Positions 30,544-39,421 of a stretch of 64,000 bases of DNA are shown here, one piece after another (position 1 is the first letter of the stretch; every line of letters begins with the position of its first letter). Origin of the DNA: Candidatus Babeliales bacterium (lineage in GTDB: Bacteria; Babelota; Babeliae; Babelales; JANWKD01); the NCBI GenBank assembly GCA_963722255.1, contig CAVRJO010000002.1:480001-544000 (forward strand). Reading direction: 5' to 3'. The position numbers were made by a program, and so were the translations under genes. Under the pieces are notes generated by a model. It ran no database searches and had not been told where the DNA came from. It worked only from the letters and a program-made list of their open reading frames with translations.

Positions 30544-30616
30544 TTTTTATTAACTTTCAATTGAAGTTTTATCTCTTTTACTTATAAAATCTCTGGTTAT
30601 CCAAGGAGATTTGGCA

Positions 30617-31066
30617 TCAAATGACTCTAAACTCTAGAACATCTTTCAAATCAATTTTCCACTCAGAAATTTTATAACCATCTGTAATGGTTTCACGCGG
30701 TTTTACATATAAATAACATGTTTTTACATCGAACAGAGGCAATCCTTTAGCTATTTCATGAAACCCATCAAAAAAACAATGATTTTGCACAAAAACCATA
30801 TCATTTTCTTTATATAAAACCCAAAGTTCCACCCATGGATTTTCTTGTAGTCCGGTAAAATCTGCCACAAGACACGAACGATCGTGAGTTTTAATCCTTT
30901 CAATAGCTTCTTTCCATTGTTCTTTATACTCGTCTATAGTCCAATTATCAAAGGACATTAGAAAGGTTTCAGTAAAGTCTCCAACCGTGATTCTACCTCT
31001 ATAATATTTTTTTCTATTAACTGTTTCTGGTTTCTTACTTATTACTTCTATATTAAAATTTTTCAT
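30617..31066 (-). CDS. CdiI-like immunity protein, copy 1
   Basis: Paralog of its neighbours; WVLYKENDMVFVQN, RETITDGYKISEWKID. Confidence 0.75.
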   Translation of the reverse strand: MKNFNIEVISKKPETVNRKKYYRGRITVGDFTETFLMSFDNWTIDEYKEQWKEAIERIKTHDRSCLVADFTGLQENPWVELWVLYKENDMVFVQNHCFFDGFHEIAKGLPLFDVKTCYLYVKPRETITDGYKISEWKIDLKDVLEFRVI

Positions 31067-31293
31067 AGATTATTTGAACTCTTGATAGCTAAGTAAGAAA
31101 AAATTTTCATAAATCCTATCATTTTATTACAACCCTATCAATAAATTCTTTTTACTGGCTTGATTTATCTATTTTTTCGTGTAATATAAGCTACAATATA
31201 AAAATAGCTTTACAAAAAGCTACGCCCCTGGTAGCATTTATGCATATAAAATTTTGAACTAGAAACAAAACAAAATATACGAAAGGTACTATA

Positions 31294-31593
31294 TTGAGCT
31301 TACTAATAAATGAACTTAAAGATCCAACCTTTGCATTCGGCGAAATTTGCGCAATATTAGACCAAAAACCTATGCCAATCAGCGATCTAAATTTATGTAT
31401 TCAGAATAATATCATAGCACAAGGCGGTTTTGCTAATTTCTCAAAAAAAACAGGATTAGATGTAAATTATCTTCAGAATATTTTGCATCCATTAAATAAA
31501 CTGTTACTTCATGAGCTAAATTTTCTACTACAAGCTTTGGGTTTCTCATTTAATAAAAATCTAGAAAACATACTACTAACAGCAATGGTTTAA
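31294..31593 (+). CDS. degenerate addiction-module antidote-like HTH protein
   Basis: IAQGGFANFSKKTGL...LQNILHP...LQALGF parallels the N-terminal domain of the next gene. Confidence 0.55.
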   Translation: MSLLINELKDPTFAFGEICAILDQKPMPISDLNLCIQNNIIAQGGFANFSKKTGLDVNYLQNILHPLNKLLLHELNFLLQALGFSFNKNLENILLTAMV

Positions 31594-31680
31594 TTTTTCT
31601 CAAATAATTCACGCTTAATGCTTCTTTTCCAGTGCCAATTCACGATCAAAACATTAATAATAAGCGAATTAGAAATATCT

Positions 31681-32388
31681 ATGAAAGAAAAAATACTAAA
31701 CTTAAAAGAAAAAAATATCGCCTCAGAATATCTTAATTCTACTGCAAAACAAAATAATACCGGCGAAATACTCCTGGCTTTACACAATATTGCTATAGCT
31801 CAAGGGGGATTCACAAAACTAGCAAAAAATACAAATTTAAACCGTGAAAATCTCTACAAAATTTTACATCCTGAAGGGAATCCACAATTAAATACTTTTA
31901 TATTAATTTTGAACTGGCTTGGATTTGATCTTGCTTTTAAAGAAAAATCAACTCTCTTTAAACACGAAACAAAATTAAACACTATAGCGGACGCTTATCC
32001 AGGAATAGCAAAACAATGGTGCTACGCAAAAAACTCAATAACTCTCAATCAAATAAGTCCAACAAGTAAAAAAAAAGTATGGTGGAAATGTATTATAAGC
32101 CCTGAACACAACTGGGAAGCAACATGCCATAACAGAATTTTTAAAAAACAAGGTTGTCCTTTTTGTAGTGGCAAAAAAAGTTCAAATTCAAATAACCTTC
32201 AAACATTATACCCTGAAATTTCCAATGAATGGCATCCAACTAAAAATGGTGATTTAACCCCAAGTATTATCGCTGCAGGAAGTAATAAAAAAATATGGTG
32301 GTTATGTCAGAATGGCCATGAATGGCAAACTTTATGCAATAGTCGTACAGGTCACAACAGAAGCGATTGTCCATTTTGTATCTCTTAA
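31681..32388 (+). CDS. addiction-module antidote (HI1420-like) HTH fused to two DUF4379-type zinc ribbons
   Basis: EYLN...LLAL..IA.AQGG.T.LA..T.L.RENLYK.L...GNP.L.T; two WW.C...H.W...R....CPFC units; ATG 31681 preferred. Confidence 0.8.
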   Translation: MKEKILNLKEKNIASEYLNSTAKQNNTGEILLALHNIAIAQGGFTKLAKNTNLNRENLYKILHPEGNPQLNTFILILNWLGFDLAFKEKSTLFKHETKLNTIADAYPGIAKQWCYAKNSITLNQISPTSKKKVWWKCIISPEHNWEATCHNRIFKKQGCPFCSGKKSSNSNNLQTLYPEISNEWHPTKNGDLTPSIIAAGSNKKIWWLCQNGHEWQTLCNSRTGHNRSDCPFCIS

Positions 32389-32410
32389 ACATAATACTTT
32401 GCAAATAAAA

Positions 32411-35400
32411 ATGAAAACAAAAAAATCAAAATTATCTCTTGCAAAAACTCATCCAGAACTTGCAGCCCAATTGCATCCAATTAAAAATATACATATTAAC
32501 ATTACGACTATTTCACAATCTTGTACAAAACAAGTTATATGGATTTGTGAAAATGGACATGAATGGTTATCAACTCCTCGTGGTCGAACAAAAGCCCAAA
32601 ATAGCATTTGTAAGCAATGTGTTTCTTTAGCTTATACTCATCCTGATATAGCAAAAGAATGGCATTCAACTCGGAATATTGGACTTTCTATTTATGATTT
32701 TAATTCAGGATCACACAAAGTCGTTTGGTGGACATGTTCGATTAACAAGGATCATGAATGGCAATCAGAAATTCGTGGTAGAGTTAAAGGCATTGGATGC
32801 CAGGTTTGCAATAATCGTATTGCTATAAAAGATAATTGTTTATTAATTACCCATCCAAAAATTGCTCAAGAATGGGATTATGATATCAATAATTCTTTAA
32901 AAATACAACCAAATACCATTACTGCAATTAGTAGAAAAAAAGTTGCATGGAAATGTAATAATAATCATAAATGGGAAGCTGTTATTAGAGATAGAACTGC
33001 AAAAAATACTAAATGTGGTTATTGCATTGGTCGAAAAGTATCAATCGATAATAATTTGAGAGTTACCCATCCACAGATTGCATTACAATGGCATCCAACC
33101 AAAAATAAAACTCTTCTTCCAGAACAGTTTACTAAAGGAAGCGAAGTAAAAATCTGGTGGAAATGTTCTTACGTAGAAAATCATGAATGGGAAGCGTATA
33201 TATATAGTAGAACTTCTGGTCGCGATTGCCCATATTGTAATTATTGGAGCATAGAAAGTATACGACTATTTATTATTTCACTCATCCCAAATTTACATAC
33301 ATTTGAACCCATTGAGCTCTATTCTATATTTCTGCAGAATGGATCTTTAAATTCTAACGGCAAAAGTCGAACTTTTATCAAAAATTTCGTTTCTGGTAAA
33401 ATTCCTAAAGACATTCTTGAAAATGTTTCAGATACTCCATTAAAATTTGTTGAATTTGTAGAAAATCAGAGTGATCTACTAATAGAAGATAATAATGAAT
33501 TAAAAACCTTTGATGAATCTAATGTTATAACGCAAGAAAATGATCTTCCTATTATAGAAACAAAAGATATATTAGCTGCAATCGATAATAAAATTATTGC
33601 TAGTGCCGATGAAGAAACCATTGATTTTTTGATTAAATCTGCTGTTGCCAAAATTTGGCGCCATGCGTTTTATGATGAAAAAAAAGCTCATACTCAACTA
33701 GAACAATATCAAGATAAGGGAATGTATGCCAATGAAGTAAAAAAATTATTTACTAAAGGTTATTATGGTGCCAAAAATCTGATTATCCCCATTGGATATA
33801 GCTTTCATAGTCAGCCAAATCTTATGCAAAGATATATTGCATATCTTGTACAAAAAGAAAAGCGAATCGGCAATTGGTCAGGAACTGGCTCAGGAAAAAC
33901 TCTTTCAGCTATTTTGGCAAGCAGAATAATTGATGCGCGATTAACAATAATTTGCACACCTAATAATGTTATTGATAATTGGAAAAGACAAATTCATGCT
34001 ACCTATCCTGATAGCTTAATTTATACAAAAGAAGTAATTCTATCTCTAAAAAACACAAAAGATCGCCATCAATATTTAATTCTTAATTATGAATTCTTTC
34101 AACAACCTAATTCTGAAATAAAACTAAAAAAACTAATTGAAAATGTAGACATCGATTTTATTATTATCGACGAAATACACTATTCCAGGCAAAAAAAAGT
34201 TGAACAAATTTCTAAGCGAAAATTGCTCATTACAGCTTTTTTATCTCAAGTGTCTTTAAAAAATAATAATTTACATGTGCTTGGTATGTCTGCAACCCCT
34301 GTCATTAACAACCTCTTTGAAGGCAAGACCATGATAGAATTAGTTACAGGCGCTGAACATAAGGATTTGAATACCAAGATAACGGTTAATAATTGTATAG
34401 CGCTTTATAAAAAATTTGTTATTCATGGTATAAGAGAAATGCCAAGATATAAATACAAAGTTAATCAAATAATTGAAGAAATTGATTGTAGCGCTGAAAT
34501 TCCTGAGATAAAAGAACTTCAAAATATTGTTAAACTAGAAGCTATTCTTACCAAAACAAAAATGCCTTCAATCAAAAAGCATTTACGGCCAAAAACAATT
34601 GTCTATACTTTTTATCGCCAAGGCATTGAATCCATTCTTCAAAATGAAATTGAACAACGGGGTTGGAAAACAGCATTTTTCAATGGTGACAATAAAGAAG
34701 GTCTGGACTCATTTATTGAAGGAGATGCTGATATTCTTATTGCATCAAGCTGCGTTGGAACGGGAGTTGATAGACTACAAACTGTTTGCAATAGATTAAT
34801 TATCAATTGCTTGCCCTGGACACATGCAGAATTTGAGCAATTAAAAGGCAGAATCTACAGACAAGGTCAACTAAAAAATGAAATAGACGTTATTATTCCT
34901 ATTACTTATGCCAATATTAATGGAACAAGATGGTCGTGGTGTGACTCAAAATTGAAAAGAGTAAATTATAAAAAAGATATTTCAAGCGCCGCTGTGGATG
35001 GCGTTATTCCAGAGGGTCACTTACGGACACCCGAACAATCTCACAAAGATATCATGCAATTACTTGCTCGTCTTGATAAAGGTGAGCTTCATACACTAGA
35101 TCGCCAAATAATTAATATTCCCCTCACAGAAGAAATGCAATCTATAGCTAAAAGAACAATTAGTGACCTTAGTAAAAAGAATCTAAAAATTAATAAAGAA
35201 ACAAGTAACGAAACTCATGAACGCTTTATCAATAATCCTCAAGAATGGGCCGAATACCATAAAATATATCGCGAGGCCAGACAAGGATGGCCGGTAATTC
35301 CATATCAAGAAGCTATTAAATATTGTATGGCAAGACCTAATAAAATTGTAGGTGATTTTGGATGTGGCGAAGCTTTCTTATCCAAAGAACTCATGAATAA

Positions 35401-35767
35401 AGTCTATTCATTTGATCATATTGCAATCAATGAGAATGTTATTGCATGCGATATTTCCCATGTTCCTTTAATAGATTCTATTTTAGATATCGCAGTTTTT
35501 TCACTATCTTTAATGGGCACAAATTTTATTGATTACTTAAGAGAAGCAAAAAGATCTCTCAAGCTCGATGGGCTTTTGTGGATAGCTGAACCCACATCAA
35601 GAATCAAAGATATAACACTATTTAAAGAATTACTTGAACGCATCGGCTTTGCCGTATTACCGATACATATAAAAGGACAATTTACATTTATCTCAGCTTT
35701 AAAAACTGAAAGAGATGTAAACGAAATTGCGATACAAAATATTAATTATACAAATGTCTTAGATTGA
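32411..35767 (+). CDS. fusion of four DUF4379-type zinc ribbons, an SF2 helicase/ATPase and an Rrp8/NML-like SAM methyltransferase
   Basis: Four THP...W.C...H.W...R...CxxC repeats; GTGSGKT, DEIH, SATP, QLKGRIYRQGQ; YH..Y...WP..P, DFGCG, SFD, ACD, VPL, AVFSLSLMGTN, IAE..SR; ATG 32411 preferred. Confidence 0.85.
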   Translation: MKTKKSKLSLAKTHPELAAQLHPIKNIHINITTISQSCTKQVIWICENGHEWLSTPRGRTKAQNSICKQCVSLAYTHPDIAKEWHSTRNIGLSIYDFNSGSHKVVWWTCSINKDHEWQSEIRGRVKGIGCQVCNNRIAIKDNCLLITHPKIAQEWDYDINNSLKIQPNTITAISRKKVAWKCNNNHKWEAVIRDRTAKNTKCGYCIGRKVSIDNNLRVTHPQIALQWHPTKNKTLLPEQFTKGSEVKIWWKCSYVENHEWEAYIYSRTSGRDCPYCNYWSIESIRLFIISLIPNLHTFEPIELYSIFLQNGSLNSNGKSRTFIKNFVSGKIPKDILENVSDTPLKFVEFVENQSDLLIEDNNELKTFDESNVITQENDLPIIETKDILAAIDNKIIASADEETIDFLIKSAVAKIWRHAFYDEKKAHTQLEQYQDKGMYANEVKKLFTKGYYGAKNLIIPIGYSFHSQPNLMQRYIAYLVQKEKRIGNWSGTGSGKTLSAILASRIIDARLTIICTPNNVIDNWKRQIHATYPDSLIYTKEVILSLKNTKDRHQYLILNYEFFQQPNSEIKLKKLIENVDIDFIIIDEIHYSRQKKVEQISKRKLLITAFLSQVSLKNNNLHVLGMSATPVINNLFEGKTMIELVTGAEHKDLNTKITVNNCIALYKKFVIHGIREMPRYKYKVNQIIEEIDCSAEIPEIKELQNIVKLEAILTKTKMPSIKKHLRPKTIVYTFYRQGIESILQNEIEQRGWKTAFFNGDNKEGLDSFIEGDADILIASSCVGTGVDRLQTVCNRLIINCLPWTHAEFEQLKGRIYRQGQLKNEIDVIIPITYANINGTRWSWCDSKLKRVNYKKDISSAAVDGVIPEGHLRTPEQSHKDIMQLLARLDKGELHTLDRQIINIPLTEEMQSIAKRTISDLSKKNLKINKETSNETHERFINNPQEWAEYHKIYREARQGWPVIPYQEAIKYCMARPNKIVGDFGCGEAFLSKELMNKVYSFDHIAINENVIACDISHVPLIDSILDIAVFSLSLMGTNFIDYLREAKRSLKLDGLLWIAEPTSRIKDITLFKELLERIGFAVLPIHIKGQFTFISALKTERDVNEIAIQNINYTNVLD

Positions 35768-35798
35768 CTTTGATATTAAAATTTTTTATCAATTTTTA

Positions 35799-36527
35799 TT
35801 AACTTTCAATTGAAGTTTTATCTCTTTTACTGATAAAATCACCTGTTATCCATGGAGATTTAGGGTCAAATGATTCTAAAATAATTTCATAATTAGACTT
35901 ACTTAAATGAATCCCCCTAAATCGTTCATTTATAAATTCTTCAATATTTAAAACATCATAAGAACGAGTATCATCATAAACATATTCTAAATTATCTAAT
36001 CCTTTTTTCATAAGATCAAAACCTTTTGCAAGATTACCTTTTTCTATATAAAAACGACCTAAATCAATATAATTCCACACATATCGATCGCATAATTCAA
36101 TTGAATTATTCAATGTTTTTTGATAAAACTCATCATTTTCTTTAAAAAGATAATACCATGATTTGGTATATTCAATTAAAGACATCAATTCATTATCTTG
36201 AGTTTTTAAATTACATAATCTTTTAAACAATTCATCATCAAAATAAATACAGTGATAAATAACATAAATAAGCAAAAGCATTACCTTAATATTATAAGGA
36301 TCACTTACTAATGCTTTTTCAAGACAATCAATTGCTTTTAAGTCGTCGTGCAATGGGGACCGATATACTGTTAAAGCTAATTTAACCCATATTTCAGTAT
36401 CCAACGGATTATTAGCTAAATAACAATCTAAAAATATTTCTAGAGTTTCAGCCGATTGCTTTGTTTTCTCTTCATTAAATACTTTAATTAATTTATTTAA
36501 TTGATCTTCATTTAAATTATTCATCAT
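35799..36527 (-). CDS. TPR-like helical protein, putative cognate immunity protein
   Basis: TPR-like AIDCLEKAL..DP.N and LGRFY...G...KG; starts 3 bp after the toxin-like gene; paralog at 55958. Confidence 0.65.
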   Translation of the reverse strand: MMNNLNEDQLNKLIKVFNEEKTKQSAETLEIFLDCYLANNPLDTEIWVKLALTVYRSPLHDDLKAIDCLEKALVSDPYNIKVMLLLIYVIYHCIYFDDELFKRLCNLKTQDNELMSLIEYTKSWYYLFKENDEFYQKTLNNSIELCDRYVWNYIDLGRFYIEKGNLAKGFDLMKKGLDNLEYVYDDTRSYDVLNIEEFINERFRGIHLSKSNYEIILESFDPKSPWITGDFISKRDKTSIES

Positions 36528-36530
36528 CTA

Positions 36531-39410
36531 TTAATCAATCTTAATTAATTTTCCAATTATTCTTTCTGACCTACCATAGAATCCATTTAAACTTATAACT
36601 TTTCCATCACTTATTCTAACTCTTATTGTTGCTTCACATCCATTGATAAATGTCTCAATTTGATTCGATGGTTCCTCTAAATAATTAAGTAAATCAGCTT
36701 TTAAAATTTTTTCAATAAATTTATTGCAAACATCGTTATCAGAAATACCCAATTTTGACAATTGATGATCAGTATGAACAAGATGGTCATACGTTTTACG
36801 TGAAATATTAAATTCTTTGATAACATTTTGACCCGATGGCTCAACAGCATAAATAATGTCTCTATCATTTTTAATTGAAGAATCAACTTGGGTTTTTTGT
36901 ATTACCTTTCCCAGAGAAGGAGGCAAACAAAAATCCTCTCCACCATTTCCATTATTGCTTCTAAACAACGAACCAAAATTAGAAACAGCAGCAACGCTCA
37001 CAGCTGCCGGAGTAGAAGCTGCGCCCTCAACAGCAATAGCTCCAACATCTTGAACAACTTCGGCAATAGCACCAAGACTTTCAGCAAAAGGAACTGCTAA
37101 CGCTCCTCCACTGGAAATACCTGGACCGTGAGGAAATATAGTTCCTATACCATCGCTCAATGCTCCAGAAAATTCTGCAAAAGCAGTTGTTTTTGTAAGC
37201 AATTTTGGAATAGAACCAACAGCTTTATTTAAAAGCGAATCAACCACAAGCTGTGCTGCAAATTTTCTTTTTTCTTGCGGTGATAATTGATGCCATTGAT
37301 TAAAAAATTTGTGCAATGATTCATTGCATGCCTTTGCATAAGCAAATTGCTCTTCAGGAGATGAAAGACCAAGTACAGATGAATGCTTTGCAAGATCAGC
37401 TATACCAAAAACCATATTCTTCATACCATCGAGTGTTCTTGAACAATATGCAATCGGATGCATCACAGTATCAACAGCGCATTGAGCTACCTCTTTAATT
37501 GGCTCCTTATAACCATCGGTCAATACATCAAAAATATCTTTTGCAAAAACCAATCCCTCTGATGCTAAGGTTGTACGATAATCTTTATTGAGTTGATGTA
37601 TCGCATGTATAAGTTTTTTATGCGTCTCATACAGTTCAAAATGTTGATCATCTTTTAAAAAAGCAGCCTTAAGCGAAACATCTTTTACATGTTTCATTAG
37701 TTCATGATTCACTGCATTCTGTTCTTGCGTTCCTGAAAACTTGCTCAACTCTTCATAGCTTACTGTTCCATACTTTGATGAAACCAGTAAATCTAAGCCT
37801 AAAGCTCGAAACAACTTTTCCATAGATGGAGAACGGTAAAGCTCAGCTCGACTAAACGTTTTTAATTCTGAATTAAGGCGAGCGATTGTAACTGCAAGTG
37901 CATCTTGTGCTTCAGGAGACAGTTGCGCTTTTTGAAACTGTTCATTAAGATTTTGCAGTTCTACTTTAAGATGATCAACATTAAGCTTATTTTCTGGTGA
38001 TTCATTGAGTCGCTTAATTTCATTAATTAAATTTGCAACAAGTGGGACGGTTCTACGCTGCAATGTTTCATGCTCTTGAGTTGGTAATGTTCTGGAAAAA
38101 TCACCACACTCTAAAACTAATGCTTCACTATTTTTTGGATTGCGCAATGCATTAACTGTTGTATGCGCAAGATCTGAGTAACATCGTGATAACGGATTAT
38201 TGGAACAACCTTTTTCTACATAATGGGCTACCGTCGAATAAATTCTTTTCTCATTTTGATTCCGTGCGCCCGAAAGAGCGATATCAAATAAGAGCAAACG
38301 ATCTTTTATCTGCTCCTGCGTAATGGTAGATGGCAGTGCAATCTCATTAAGAATCGAGGTATCATACGTATAAAAACGTGGAAGACCATGCTCATTTAAA
38401 AGCTTCTCTGCATTCTGAACAAAAATATAATCATCCTGATTACGAGCTAATGTTTCATATATAAGCCGCGCAACTTCTTGCGGTGTTTTGCATAGTGGAA
38501 TTTTTTGTAGTAGGTCAATAACTTCAGGAGTAGGGTTTGTTATTTCATAAGCTTGGCATACTCTATTACAATAAGCATCTAAATGCTTATTATAGAGTTT
38601 ATTAAGCGCTTGATACTGTTTAATTCCATAACCGGTCGTTTGATTTTTATATGCATCAACAATCTCTTTTGCTTCTGCAAATCTATTTTCAGCAGCCAAT
38701 CCATTAACTTGAGAAAGATGTTTACAAAAACTATTATTCAAAACTTTATCTTTGAAATCACTCATAGTTCCTGAGAAAGAGGTGGTACTGAATAGCCCGT
38801 AAATAAGGCCAGCTGGCTTATTTACGGTTAATAATTTTAACCATGAACCATAGGTTGTTTCTTCTTTAAGTATCTGTACAAATTCTCGATTGCCTTGTGT
38901 TGCAAACTCTTTGATAAGTGATACATACTCATTGGGTTTTGTTGCTTTCAAATAGTCTGTTACTATTCGAGCAACCTGATATTTTTCAAATGAATTTAGC
39001 TCTAATTTTGGATCACCTGACCTAGCATAAAGAACAGGAATCAATCTATCGATAGTTTGTTGGTTTATACTATTTAAAAAAGGATACGGTTGATTTTTAT
39101 AGCAATCTGTAAAAGAAGTTAATGCCTGTATATCAAAAGTTCTTGCTGCAACATCTATACTGTCAAATCCAACAGTATAACTATTTTTAAGTTGTTGAAA
39201 ATTGTTTGCTACATGCGCACTATTATTTAATACACTTATTTGATTTCTTATACCCTCATGCCTCATATAAGCATAATCACTTAAACTCAAAGAAGTTCTT
39301 TGTTGAGATGAATGATTGAATGTTACAACGGGTTTATGCTGCATGCCATATGCATGAACTGTCAAAAATATAGATAAAAAACTATAGTTAATATTTGAAT
39401 TGCGTTTCAT
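36531..39410 (-). CDS. 959-aa secreted protein, putative polymorphic toxin
   Basis: Signal peptide, long helical body, Gly/Ala-rich hydrophobic segment, NNGNGG linker, compact C-terminal domain with HLVHTDH and a beta-rich ING..ATIRV.ISDGKV.S..GF; followed by immunity-like genes. Confidence 0.6.
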   Translation of the reverse strand: MKRNSNINYSFLSIFLTVHAYGMQHKPVVTFNHSSQQRTSLSLSDYAYMRHEGIRNQISVLNNSAHVANNFQQLKNSYTVGFDSIDVAARTFDIQALTSFTDCYKNQPYPFLNSINQQTIDRLIPVLYARSGDPKLELNSFEKYQVARIVTDYLKATKPNEYVSLIKEFATQGNREFVQILKEETTYGSWLKLLTVNKPAGLIYGLFSTTSFSGTMSDFKDKVLNNSFCKHLSQVNGLAAENRFAEAKEIVDAYKNQTTGYGIKQYQALNKLYNKHLDAYCNRVCQAYEITNPTPEVIDLLQKIPLCKTPQEVARLIYETLARNQDDYIFVQNAEKLLNEHGLPRFYTYDTSILNEIALPSTITQEQIKDRLLLFDIALSGARNQNEKRIYSTVAHYVEKGCSNNPLSRCYSDLAHTTVNALRNPKNSEALVLECGDFSRTLPTQEHETLQRRTVPLVANLINEIKRLNESPENKLNVDHLKVELQNLNEQFQKAQLSPEAQDALAVTIARLNSELKTFSRAELYRSPSMEKLFRALGLDLLVSSKYGTVSYEELSKFSGTQEQNAVNHELMKHVKDVSLKAAFLKDDQHFELYETHKKLIHAIHQLNKDYRTTLASEGLVFAKDIFDVLTDGYKEPIKEVAQCAVDTVMHPIAYCSRTLDGMKNMVFGIADLAKHSSVLGLSSPEEQFAYAKACNESLHKFFNQWHQLSPQEKRKFAAQLVVDSLLNKAVGSIPKLLTKTTAFAEFSGALSDGIGTIFPHGPGISSGGALAVPFAESLGAIAEVVQDVGAIAVEGAASTPAAVSVAAVSNFGSLFRSNNGNGGEDFCLPPSLGKVIQKTQVDSSIKNDRDIIYAVEPSGQNVIKEFNISRKTYDHLVHTDHQLSKLGISDNDVCNKFIEKILKADLLNYLEEPSNQIETFINGCEATIRVRISDGKVISLNGFYGRSERIIGKLIKID

Positions 39411-39421
39411 AATTTTTTTTC

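Noticed and set aside
29988..30622. Regularly spaced direct repeats as a CRISPR array or integron attC sites
   Set aside because: The repeats are 100 bp, derive from coding sequence and are separated by whole genes; no cas or integrase gene and no attC-like palindrome is visible
32411..35767. Type I, III or ISP restriction-modification enzyme
   Set aside because: No amino-methyltransferase (D/N)PP(Y/F) motif and no PD-(D/E)xK or HNH nuclease could be recognised; the methyltransferase resembles Rrp8
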